Shown here: in pieces, positions 10,195-19,894 of the stretch
Layout of the letters: the number at the start of each line of letters is the position of its first letter
How positions within the stretch are numbered: position 1 is the stretch's first letter
From: Dehalococcoidia bacterium
GTDB taxonomy: Bacteria; Chloroflexota; Dehalococcoidia; Lucifugimonadales; UBA3495
Direction of reading: 5' to 3'
Assembly: GCA_965237745.1 (NCBI GenBank)
Contig: CBDEGL010000003.1
Coordinates: 13,470 to 77,469 of the forward strand
Length of the DNA stretch: 64,000 nt
Translations under genes and position numbers: made by a program
The notes under the pieces: model-generated
What the model was told of the DNA's origin: nothing
The model's input: the letters and a program-made list of their open reading frames with translations, nothing else
Databases searched by the model: none

Positions 10195-10812
10195 TCATTC
10201 CGGAATGTCATCGAGCTTTGTCAGCTCCTGCCCATGGTTCCCGGCGTCATGGTAGGCGTCCAAGGCGTGCCGGAACCCCCAGGCGGCCAGGGTCCCGATC
10301 CTGCCTCTGCCACCTTCCCCGGTTGCCAGGTAGTGGATGATGGCCAGGTTGCAGAGCTCGTTGTCGGCCAGCAGGTGTCCTATCCTACTCCATGACTCCT
10401 CGGGCCAGGTCTCGTTGTGAGGTATGGCTGATCTCCTCACGATCTTCCTGAGCCGGATTCCTTCCAGGACGGCCCTGAGGGTTCTCTCTCCCAGGTCCTC
10501 AAGGTGACCACCCAGGGCGCTGACCAAGGCATCGTCCCTGCGGTCCTCGAGGGACATCACCGACTCCAGGTCGCCCCCTGGCCCGGGGTGAGAGCGTGTC
10601 CAATCCCTGTAGTTCCCTCTCATCTCCACAAAGACATGGGCCATATCCTCGGCTTCCAGTATGGGCGCGATAACCTTGCCTCTTACCCTGGCGACCTCGG
10701 CGGCGTGGTCCTCTCCCTGTCCGTCGTCCCCCGTACCCTCTTGGCAATCGCCCGTGCTCCCGGGGTACAGCACAGGCCACCGGGCCAGCATCATCTCCAC
10801 AGGTTGGGACAT
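10195..10812 (-). CDS. Hypothetical protein
   Basis: AGGAGG RBS before MSQPVEM...; about 205 aa of normal composition. Confidence 0.55.
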   Translation of the reverse strand: MSQPVEMMLARWPVLYPGSTGDCQEGTGDDGQGEDHAAEVARVRGKVIAPILEAEDMAHVFVEMRGNYRDWTRSHPGPGGDLESVMSLEDRRDDALVSALGGHLEDLGERTLRAVLEGIRLRKIVRRSAIPHNETWPEESWSRIGHLLADNELCNLAIIHYLATGEGGRGRIGTLAAWGFRHALDAYHDAGNHGQELTKLDDIPE

Positions 10813-11005
10813 GCTCTCCCTCCTTTGCGGATTCAGCGGTGTCGTATTCCCTGTCCGTTGATCCGTTACATCTCGTCCTTGGCGACGGTTATATTGCCCG
10901 GCACCATCACATGCGCACTGCCTCCGTGCCTCCGCAGACCACCACGGCGCAGCGCCGCCCGACCGTGTCTGCGGCGACACAGTCCATCATCACCCACCTG
11001 CGGGC

Positions 11006-11506
11006 TCAGGGATGCGCCCGCATGATGTGATCCTCAACCTCGCCCTGGCTGTCGAAGCGCCCGTCGCACAGGGGGCAGAAGCTGTGCATCTCGGTCCACA
11101 TCTCCAGCTCGTCCCAGCCGATTACGATGTCGCCCATGATGTGCATCAGGTCCAGGGCCTGGCCGTCCCTCTCCTCGTCCGGGACGTAGACCGCGGCCAG
11201 CTTGCCCCGGCCGATGGCCCAGCCCAGTTCCAGGTGAGCCGCGCGGCCGCAGGGCATGACCATGACCAGCGCGTTGGCCTTGGCCAGCGCCTCGAGGTTG
11301 TCCCCGAACGCCTGCCCGACGTCGTCGTGCAGGTCAATGGCTGTCCGGTAGTCGTCGGCGGTCCAACTCTCCCAGTCGGGAGAGACCTCCTCCCAGGCGA
11401 ACCCATGCTCGCGGCAGTCGTAGACCTCGTGGCCCAGGCCGCGAAGCTTGGCAACCACCTCTGGCTGGTGCCCGTTGCGATTGGATGAGGAGATGTAAAT
11501 CTTCAT
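11006..11506 (-). CDS. Nucleoside 2-deoxyribosyltransferase-like protein with C-terminal C2H2 zinc finger
   Basis: MKIYISSS..N, LRGLGHEVYD, PCGRAAHLELGWAIGRGK; tail FCPLCDGRF..EDHIMRAH. Confidence 0.7.
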   Translation of the reverse strand: MKIYISSSNRNGHQPEVVAKLRGLGHEVYDCREHGFAWEEVSPDWESWTADDYRTAIDLHDDVGQAFGDNLEALAKANALVMVMPCGRAAHLELGWAIGRGKLAAVYVPDEERDGQALDLMHIMGDIVIGWDELEMWTEMHSFCPLCDGRFDSQGEVEDHIMRAHP

Positions 11507-11530
11507 GCGTACCTCACTGTGGTGTCATGT

Positions 11531-11908
11531 TCATCGGCACAGGATCCAACCATGAGGCGGTACAGGACCCGGACGCCGAGCGGACTGCTCCCTGGTCAAC
11601 GGCTTGGAAAAGGCACAGTAGTACAGGGGCATGCCATCGGGACATTCAGATTCAATTATCACCTTCCTCCACCGGCCGAGTTCGGCCATTGCCAGGCTGT
11701 CCCAAGGTCCGCCCCAGATCTCGTCCGGGTGGTCAGTGTGGACAAGCGCCGTCAGGTCGTACTCGCCCGTCGCCGGATCGGTGCTGGTGATCAGGACCTG
11801 CTCCCCCTCCCGGAGGAGCAGGTCCTTGTATCCAGCGGCATCGGCCATGCACCGAAACGTACGGCAATGGCCCACGCTGGTGGTGATGACGACTCGCGCG
11901 CCGGTCAT
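11531..11908 (-). CDS. Hypothetical protein
   Basis: MTGARVVITT... overlapping the stop of the upstream small ORF; part of a co-oriented cluster. Confidence 0.45.
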   Translation of the reverse strand: MTGARVVITTSVGHCRTFRCMADAAGYKDLLLREGEQVLITSTDPATGEYDLTALVHTDHPDEIWGGPWDSLAMAELGRWRKVIIESECPDGMPLYYCAFSKPLTREQSARRPGPVPPHGWILCR

Positions 11909-12084
11909 ATGGCGCCCCGCTCGACGGCACGGATCATGCTGTTGATCGCGCCGCGGGCCTCGGGGTCGAGGACCAGGGTCGCCAGGGCAGTGCCCATCTC
12001 GTCCAGGTCGCATGGGTGTGCGCCGGGCCTCTTGGCGACGATCCGGGCGAAGCGGCAGACGCCGCAGGTGCAGGTGCTGGCCAT
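11905..12084 (-). CDS. Small Cys-containing hypothetical protein
   Basis: GGAGG RBS, MASTCTCGVCRF...; ATGA overlap with the next gene. Confidence 0.4.
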   Translation of the reverse strand: MASTCTCGVCRFARIVAKRPGAHPCDLDEMGTALATLVLDPEARGAINSMIRAVERGAI

Positions 12085-12939
12085 AAAAAACCTCCGGCCA
12101 AAACATTTGCCGAAGGCGGGGTGACACCCTAACATTGACGTGCTGCGCGGCCCAGTGCCGCACGGCCAGTCTAGGTGTTTATCCCACCTAACGCTGGGTT
12201 GGTGCCCGGCTCCGCGCCAACGGGGCCGGTCCAGCTAGGCTTATTGTCACTCCAGATTTCCCTGTAGTCAAGCGCCGGGCAATGTCGTCTCAAAACCGAG
12301 AGCCTGCGATACTACTCCATCTCACAGGCGCTTGCCCTCCTGCCTCGGCTGTTCAGTTCCAATTCCAGCAACCCATCCAGCCGGGGTGTGCATGCGCTCC
12401 CATCCCCTCAGCCACCCCAGTCCACGCCTGTCGGCATTTGTCAGATTCTCCCAAGCCACCCGGTGGGTGGTGCCGTGAATCTGCCGGTTCGGCCGCCGCG
12501 TCGCACCACTCCACCTGGCAGGCCTCGCACCGGCACTCGACCCGTGCTGCTCCTCGGCGGTGATGAGGATCTCGCTGAACATGGCCGTCTGTCCGTCCTC
12601 GAATCCCCGCTGGAAACCTTATGGTTTGGTCAGCCATCGATTCATCTCCCCTGAATGAACGGACTTCGATCTCTCTTTTCCCTCCGGCAGGTTCCTGATG
12701 TGTGGTTTTCGGCATGGGAAGCAATTGGTCCTGGGTGTAGATCCCCTCGCATTCCAGGATTCTCCCCTGACTGGGCGTCAGAGCGCAGACGCATGAGTGG
12801 GAAAAGAATGGCGGTACAGGGGCTCCCGCCAGACCGGTGCCAATGGTGCAGGAAGGTCATCCCGGCGGGGAGGTACCGGGCCATGATTGGACGGACTCAT
12901 CAGTCCCTCCCGCTGTCGCCGGTTGCAGTGCATGGACCA

Positions 12940-13209
12940 ACTGGGCTCCGTACCCCTGTCCCGCACCGGTGCGGAGCTGCTCCTCGAGGTCTTCAGCCAG
13001 CGCTGCGAGCGGGCCCCATCCTGGTGAACATCAACCTGCCCGTCAACGAGTGGACCGGGGTCCTCCGCCCGCAACGGCTCACCGGGACGCTGCTGGGCCG
13101 GCTCACCCGCCACGTCCACATCCTGGAGATGAACGGCGAGAACCACTGCCTCAGGCGCAGCCTGGAGACCGCCATAGCGCAATCTCCAGACAGGCCGGAC
13201 AACGCATAA
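12940..13209 (+). pseudogene. istB C-terminal remnant
   Basis: NLPVNEWTGVL..QRLTGTLLGRLTRHVHILEMNGE, homologous to 3120-3388. Confidence 0.8.
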
Positions 13210-14148
13210 CGCACCGTCAACTCTGCCCCTTCCCACTCCTGCAACGTCGCCACCCTTACCGATTTGCCGCGGACAGTCATCAGGCCCGTGTCCCACGGTC
13301 ACTCCGCCTCAGTTGCATATTATGCCGACGCTCTGGTCACACCATGGTCCATGGTTTCCGCCACGTGCATGACGCCGAGTTTCACATCTCCGATTCCAGC
13401 TCCTCTTTGGCGACTATCTCCTGCCCCGTGATTGCCACGGTCAAGCTCCCTCCGTCCGAATTCGACCATATCCTCTTTGTGGACAACTCTCCTCGCAGAC
13501 TCGTGCATTGTTCCTGGACCTGCCAGACCCACTGGTTCGCTTCCTTCCATGGGTCCCCGCCGGTGTATCTCCTGCGGAAGATTCTGAAAACCGTCACTTC
13601 CCCGCCAGTCTCGGTAAACACCACAGTGTTCTCTTCCTCAATGTTGTCCGTGGCCCCCTCCGAGAAGATTTCCTTCGCCCTGCTGGTGATTGCTCTTCCT
13701 TGCATGTCCGTCTCCATGGCTCCCTGCTCCGCGTTGCTGTTGCTTATGCCGATGCTGCGCATCTCTCGCGTGGTCATCTGGTAGCCGCAGATGCGGCACG
13801 TCCGGAGACGGCGCACATACGGGGTGAAATGCTCATCCTCCGCCTCCTCGAGGATCGCGATCCACCATAGCAGTTTGCCGCAACCGGGGCAGAGCATGTC
13901 GTTCCCAGGAACCCGTTCCATTTTCAAAACCTCGCAGATGAGGGTCGAGTAGTCGCCGACACCCTCAATGGCCAGGCGCTCCAGAGCGAGATCCTCAGGG
14001 GCGACGTCGTGTATCAGCCCCCTCTCCTCGGTCTGGTCATCCCACACGATGGTGATCACGGCGTTCATCCGTCCTCGGGTGAGGGTCTCGATAAGGACCT
14101 CCGCCACGGCGGAATCTGACACGGTGATGTGTCCGGTGCTCCAGGCTA

Positions 14149-15373
14149 GTAGTTCAGCTATTTTGAATTGCTGGGTAAAGGGATTTCAGCTTGATGCGCG
14201 CGTCATCGGTGGTGAAGCGCCAGTCCACTCGCACCATGTCCCGGTTGCGCTGGTTCTGCCAGGCGTCAACTTCCCGGCGCAGCACCTCTTGATCAGGAAT
14301 CCGGCGGTCCAAGCACTGCCGGGCCAGCACTCCGATTTCAATTTCAGCCATGTTCAGCCAACTCCCATGTTTGGGGGTGTAGTGAATCTCCAGACGTTCG
14401 GCGATACGCCGCGCTTCCATAGGCTCGAAGGCCTCGTATAATGAGGCCGGATGATGGGTGTTCAGGTTGTCCATCACCAGCACAATCCGGTCCTTGTCCG
14501 GGTAGTCCTCGTCCACCAACTTCTTCACTTGGTGCGCCCAGTCCACTTTCGTCCGCCGGTCCGTCACTCCGACCCGCCGCCACCCTTCCAGCGGCGCAAA
14601 CAGCATGAACCGGTTGCTCACCCCGTTGCGCTCGTATTCGTAATCATACGCGACTGCCGATCCGGGGCGAGGCGGACGCGGCAGTCGCGTTTCCTTCACC
14701 TGCTGTTTGCTGGTTTCGTCCAAGCACACCAGGACTTCATTGTCTTCATAGGGACGGTGATAGACCTCCAGCACGTCTTCCATGGCCCACACAAAGTCCG
14801 AACTGCCTTCCGGCGGGATGCACCAACACTCTTTCAGCCAAGGCTTGAGTTCGTTTTTTTTAGCGTCTTGCGCACCGTCTCCGGGTGGATGCTCTCCACT
14901 ATCTCGCACTCCACCAGCCGGTCCGCCAATAATCTCAGCGTCCAACGGGCCCGGCCTTCCGGCGGTTCCCCGCAGGCCAGCGCAATCAAGTGGGCTTCCG
15001 CAGCGCCATCCAGTTTCTTTGGCCGGCGGCGTTGTTGCTCCTTACGCCCCAAGGCCGCTTCGATCCCTTCCTCCACGCAACGGCGGCGTATCCGTTCCAC
15101 TGTGGCGCTGGCGATCTCGAGGGACCGGGCAACCTCTTCGTCCGTCAGGCCTCCGTCTTTCCGCGCTTCATCGCTCAGCAACAGGATGCGTGCATGGGTC
15201 TGCTTGTACGCTGCTGCCCGTCCCTTGGAAACCAGGGCCTTCAGTTCCTGTTGCTCTTCCGTGGTCAGTTCGATACGGTACTTCTTAGCCGGCACGACCC
15301 CTCTCCTTGGATACAATTCGCCAATGCCGGCAGAATACACCAGTTGTGCCTCAATTCAATGACGTTCAACTAC
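14149..15373 (-). mobile_element. IS630-family element, two-ORF transposase (14834-15340 and 14154-~14860)
   Basis: TA flanks, imperfect TIR GTAGTT..TTGAATTG; CLDET, VMDNLNTH and SWLNMAEIE; A9 slippery run at about 14853-14861. Confidence 0.92.
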
Positions 15374-15523
15374 TAAACTAAAGCCAAGGTGGGATATACA
15401 TTTAAGTGGCGATGGTGATCAGCTGGGTTGCGCGGGTGAATCCCTCTCATCCGTACTTGGAGAATGACCCGGCTCCGTCGTTTGACCCCCACCATCTGCG
15501 CATTTCACCTTGGCTTTAGTTTA
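15374..15523. mobile_element. 150-bp MITE (TIR TAAACTAAAGCCAAGGTG), copy 1
   Basis: Perfect terminal inverted repeats, no ORF; near-identical inverted copy at 61576-61725. Confidence 0.88.
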
Positions 15524-16208
15524 GGGTGGTGGTGCTATTTTCTCGCATGGCATCCTCCTTGATGCTATGTGAGGACCGGCCGCGTTCAGATTTGCGGCCG
15601 CTCCTGGTTGCGTTGTGGCGTCGCTCTCCCATTTCATCTCCCGGATGACCGGGTTGGGTGCGCGACATGGAAGTCTCCGCCCCTCGGTGGTGACCGAGTT
15701 GCCGGGGTTGCTGACGCCGCCCGGACACTCCGAAGAAGCCCGCATTCGACGCGAAGTCCCGGCGGAGACGCTGCTTGCCCCAATCCCAGGGCTGGGTGTG
15801 TTTCTCCCGGTAGCCGTTAATCAGCATTCTGCGGCAACCCGGGGCGATCCCTCGGCCGTGTAGGGCAGTTTGTCTCTGCTGCCGGTGATGCGAACCAGCG
15901 CGTATGCCGTGGCGCCATCCTCAACCTCAATCCCGCTCCATTCGTTGACTCCCGCGTGGAATGTCCAGAGCCTCCAGTAGTCGTCCATGAGGTGCTGCAC
16001 CTCCACACTGACCATCCGCGGGCCGAGCGCGAAGTATTTTTGCAGGCGCGCCTCGAACCCATACTCCTTTCGTTTGGCGCCATCAGGTCGGGCTGTTCGC
16101 CCGGCCTGATGGTGTTTGTGATGTGTGCTTGACTGATTTCCAGGCTGGCAGCCTGAACCGGGTCTGGCACCCGCTTGCGGCCGTCGCCGACCCAAATCGT
16201 TGAGGGAA

Positions 16209-16655
16209 TCACTGCAGCAGGCGATACCTGCTGTTCCTGATGTACGCGATGCTGAGTATCCCGCCGCCCCGAGTTGCCGCTTCCACCTCCTTTGTATCCG
16301 GGGATGCCGGCGGAGTGATCTCGACCCACCAGAGGTCCCGTGTCAGGTGATCGGCGCGGACGTGCACCGGCCGCCCCTGTTGCATCAGCAGCGCCGTATG
16401 AACAGGGCCTCGCCTGACATCCTGCTGCAGCCGGTCCCAGAGCCATTGGAGAACCATCAGCCTCAGGGAGACCCTTCCGTCCTGCTCCCGGCCATCCCGG
16501 GCAGGGACCTCCTGGTCGTCCCCGTCATCGTCCAAGTACAGGAAGGCCGCGTCGTCCCCTCCGGCTAGCGACTCCTCCAGGTTGTCCAGGAACTGGACGT
16601 ACTGTGCCGCAGTCTGTAACTCCTTCTTCCACTTCAGGATTTCTTTGTTGGACAT
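16209..16655 (-). CDS. Hypothetical protein
   Basis: GGAGGAG RBS before MSNKEILKWKKELQ... Confidence 0.5.
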   Translation of the reverse strand: MSNKEILKWKKELQTAAQYVQFLDNLEESLAGGDDAAFLYLDDDGDDQEVPARDGREQDGRVSLRLMVLQWLWDRLQQDVRRGPVHTALLMQQGRPVHVRADHLTRDLWWVEITPPASPDTKEVEAATRGGGILSIAYIRNSRYRLLQ

Positions 16656-17680
16656 TTCTCCTCCGTTCATGTTCTGTGTCTGGAGCCGGTGTTCAGGCTT
16701 TGGTCCCGGCCAGCGGTCCGCTGATGCTGGTTCGAGTGCGAATAGTGAGTCACTGTCCGGGCCGGTTGATTTGTCCGGCAGACCCCTGGCTGCGGTCAGA
16801 CGTCTCTGTAGCGCCCGCCGGCCAACCCTTAGGAACCTGCATTCACATGGCGTTCACCCCCTGGTGGTTGTGGTGTCGTTGAAGCCTCACCGGAGCCGGG
16901 GCGGGGCGATAGTCCAGGAAAGCCCGCCCCGGCGGCCCCGAGGCCTGGCAGTCTCCGCCGTGGTTCCAGCGTGGCCGCGGTAGCGTTTCGCCGACCGGTT
17001 CCGCCGGGGCGCATCCCGGCCCCAGGCACGGGAGCGCCCCGCCGATATGGAAGGCTGACCCTGCCGCAGTGGAGATCAATGCTCCCTGGGTCATCAGCTT
17101 GAAGAGTCGACCGCGGTGTTTCGCGCATTCCATTGGTCAACCAAGACTGGAACTCAAGGCCGGCAGTAAGGGAGATGCGCTTTCCGTATACCCTCCGGCA
17201 GGCACACATGGGGCCGACGCTCCGTTGCCGGGACAGGGTCCGGCCGCCCCCTTCGGGGAGAGGTGACGACAACCGCCGTGCCGCCGGTGTGCGGACCAGG
17301 CGGGCACCGCGGTTGTTTGTGCTGCCTCAGGTCAAGAAAAGCGGATCAGCGCCTGGCCGACGGGTCTGAAGCAACGGGAATATTCCCGATTGCGGCTGAC
17401 CTTGTGTCTGCTTGGGCGAGCACTTCGCTTTCCTTGACTCCATACTCGGGGATCGCCAAGTCCGGCGTCAGAGCTGGACAACCGACATGATCGGGTCAAG
17501 GCCCGAGTCTGTGACGGCATGCGTCCTGTGTCCCGGTTCCGTCAACGCAGGCGGCGGGACTGAATTGGACCACTTGGGCGGATTGACCGTGCCGTTTCTG
17601 CGGTCCAGCTGGCCAGGACATTTTCTCTGGACGTCAGCAACAAAGTGGTGCAGCATCCCGTGGCCCTTGCCGGCAGGAAT

Positions 17681-17775
17681 CCATGGATCACTCCAGAGTG
17701 ACTACTAAGGTAGTAGTAGTCATATAAATATATCTATTTACTACTACTACGATAGTGGTCACTTCCCAGTGGCCT
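17681..17775. promoter_or_regulatory. Candidate replication origin: AT-rich inverted repeat between two TCACT-N4-AGTG boxes
   Basis: GATCACT-CCAG-AGTGAC, GTAGTAGTAGT, CATATAAATATATCTATTT, ACTACTACTAC, GGTCACT-TCCC-AGTGGCC. Confidence 0.65.
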
Positions 17776-17797
17776 ACGGCAGGGTTACCCGGGGTCG

Positions 17798-17830
17798 AAA
17801 AAGAAAAGCCGCCGGTGATTCACCGGCGGC
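17798..17830 (-). terminator. Intrinsic terminator of the rep-dnaB operon
   Basis: GCCGCCGGTG-ATT-CACCGGCGGC stem followed on the minus strand by TTTTCTTTTT. Confidence 0.8.
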
Positions 17831-17857
17831 CGTCCTAGTTCAGATTGGATGCCCGGA

Positions 17858-19213
17858 TCAGACGGAGTCGAACCGCACCAGGTTGTCGATGAACTCCAGG
17901 CGGATGCTTCCTGTTGGTCCCTTGCGGTGCTTGGCGATGATGATCTCGGCGATGTTCCTGGGGTATTCCTGTCCCGGGTGCATCTGGTTCCACTCCTCCT
18001 CGGTGGTGTAGACGTCCTCACGGTGGATGAACATCACCACGTCGGCGTCCTGCTCGATGCTGCCGCTGTCTCGCAGGTCCGAGAGCCTTGGTCGGTTGTT
18101 CGGCCGGTTCTCGACCATCCGGTTCAGCTGCGAGCAGGCGATCAGGGCCACTTTGAGATCGCCGGCCAGGGCCTTCAGCTCCCGGGATATCTCGGTTATC
18201 TCTTGTACCCGGTTGGACTGTCCCCATCGCTGCTTACCCTGCACCAGTTGCAGATAGTCGACCACCAGCAGGTCCAGCCCCCGCTCCAGCGCCAGCCTCC
18301 TGGCCTTGCCCCGCATCTCGACCATGCCCTGGTACGGGGTGTCGTCGATGAACATCGGGAGATCGGACAGCCGGCCGATGGAGTCTATGATCCTGTTCTC
18401 TTCCAGGTGGGTGTAGAGGCCCAGCCTGAGGCGGTGGGAGTCAATCTCGGCCTCCGAGGCCAGGATTCGCATGGCGAGCTGCTCCCGGGTCATCTCCAGG
18501 CTGAAGACACCGCAGGTCTGGCCGGATTTGGCGGCGTTGACCGCCATGTTGACCGCCATGCTGCTCTTTCCCATGGAGGGACGGGCGCCCAGGATGACCA
18601 GGTCGGCCCGCTGCATCCCTCCCAGGCATTCATCCAGGTCCGGGAACCCGGACATGATCGGCATCCCCGAGAACTCCGGGTCGGCCGCGGCCGACGCCTG
18701 CTCCTGCAGGTACTGGTCGTATATCTCTTTGAGCGGCACGAAGCCGCGGGGTTGGCCCGCGCCCCTGACGGTGAACAGGGCGTCCTCGGCCTGCCGCATG
18801 GTGGCCTCGATGTCCTCCGTGTCGGCGTAGCCGAGGTTCACGATCCTGTTGCCGGCGTCGATCAGTCTCCTCATGTTGGAGGTTCTGGAGATGACCTGCG
18901 CGTAGTCCTCGGCGTGGGCCGAGGTGGGGGTGATTGCAACCAGGTGCGACAGGTAGGCCATGCCGCCCACCAGGTCCAGCTTCTCCGTCCGGGCCAGCTC
19001 TCCGGCCAGGGTTATCTGGTCCACGGCCTGGTCGCGCTGGAACAGGCTCATGGCTGCATCGAAACAGAACTGGTTGCGTTCCCGGTAGAAGTCGCCCTGC
19101 TTCAGGAGCGGGACCAGGCGGGTCAGGCACTCTCCGTCGATCAGGATCGAGCCGAGCACCGACTCCTCGGCCTCAACGTCGTGGGGCAAAAGCTTCTCCG
19201 CGTAGGTGGTCAT
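17858..19213 (-). CDS. dnaB: Replicative DNA helicase DnaB (element-encoded)
   Basis: PHDVEAEESVLG, GARPSMGKS, VVDYLQL, SQLNR, DLRDSGSIEQDAD, AKHRKGPTG. Confidence 0.97.
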   Translation of the reverse strand: MTTYAEKLLPHDVEAEESVLGSILIDGECLTRLVPLLKQGDFYRERNQFCFDAAMSLFQRDQAVDQITLAGELARTEKLDLVGGMAYLSHLVAITPTSAHAEDYAQVISRTSNMRRLIDAGNRIVNLGYADTEDIEATMRQAEDALFTVRGAGQPRGFVPLKEIYDQYLQEQASAAADPEFSGMPIMSGFPDLDECLGGMQRADLVILGARPSMGKSSMAVNMAVNAAKSGQTCGVFSLEMTREQLAMRILASEAEIDSHRLRLGLYTHLEENRIIDSIGRLSDLPMFIDDTPYQGMVEMRGKARRLALERGLDLLVVDYLQLVQGKQRWGQSNRVQEITEISRELKALAGDLKVALIACSQLNRMVENRPNNRPRLSDLRDSGSIEQDADVVMFIHREDVYTTEEEWNQMHPGQEYPRNIAEIIIAKHRKGPTGSIRLEFIDNLVRFDSV

Positions 19214-19422
19214 GGCGTCGTCTCCTCAGTCCGGGGCAGCAGCAGTCCGGCGTTCCACAGGAGGTCGCTCAGGTCCTCTGCGGAAACCACCCGCACCAGC
19301 TGGGCCTTCTCTGCGTCGTCCCCGTGGCGCCAGACAATGAGGGCCTGGTCCCGGTAATCGGCCACGCCCAGCTCCAGCGGGGATGCGATGTCGTAGATGT
19401 ACCCGTTCTGTTGGTCCTCCAT
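19210..19422 (-). CDS. Small hypothetical protein coupled to dnaB
   Basis: GGAGGT RBS; ATGA overlap with dnaB. Confidence 0.6.
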   Translation of the reverse strand: MEDQQNGYIYDIASPLELGVADYRDQALIVWRHGDDAEKAQLVRVVSAEDLSDLLWNAGLLLPRTEETTP

Positions 19423-19438
19423 GGTCTGACCTCCCGCT

Positions 19439-19894
19439 TCACCAGGAGCGCCGCGCGAACCCGTTGCGGTAGGCCCTGATCTCAGGGGTGTGCGCCGGCG
19501 CTACCGCATCCGGGTCGTAGGCGTGGCGGCCCATGGCCAGCACGTTTCGCACGCCGCCCTCGACGAGTCTGAGCCGAGCGGCTATCTGCTTGGGTGTGAG
19601 CCCCTGGCCGGCCAGGGACCTGATGCTGTCGAGCAGATCCCTGGCTTCCTCGGACATGCCGGAGGAAGCCGTCCGGTCGCTGCGGGACGCGTCCCTGTCC
19701 CGGGCTTGTTCCTCCCGCTTCATTCGTTCGACCTTGGCTAGGTCCAGAGGCCACTCCTCGGGTCGCTGCTCCGTGTAGTATCGCGGGAGCCCGCCCGGCC
19801 GCTGGAAGCCCAGGGCCTCGAAGTACCGCTCGTGTTTCTGGATGTACTTTCGGATGTGTTCCAGGTTGTCCTTGTTGTCCTTCTCGGCGCTCAT
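19439..19894 (-). CDS. Hypothetical protein with C-terminal HTH
   Basis: GQGLTPKQIAARLRLVEGGVRNVL; start overlaps the rep stop. Confidence 0.6.
   Translation of the reverse strand: MSAEKDNKDNLEHIRKYIQKHERYFEALGFQRPGGLPRYYTEQRPEEWPLDLAKVERMKREEQARDRDASRSDRTASSGMSEEARDLLDSIRSLAGQGLTPKQIAARLRLVEGGVRNVLAMGRHAYDPDAVAPAHTPEIRAYRNGFARRSW

Larger units (their letters stand above)
13382..15548 (-). pseudogene. Zn-ribbon hypothetical gene split by IS630 + MITE
   Basis: Removing the inserted IS630 + MITE and duplicated TAs joins MRENSTTTL (ATG 15548, AAGGAGG RBS) in frame to AWSTGHITVSDSAVAEV...; CPGC...CRIC. Confidence 0.75.

Noticed and set aside
17697-17763. Protelomerase (telRL) hairpin-telomere site
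   Set aside because: The centre is not a perfect palindrome, no protelomerase is visible, and the flanking boxes match the initiator repeats.
17849-19357. 502-aa plus-strand ORF
   Set aside because: Antisense shadow of dnaB, typical of high-GC DNA; the same applies to 1079-2233, 8050-9297 and 32265-33689.
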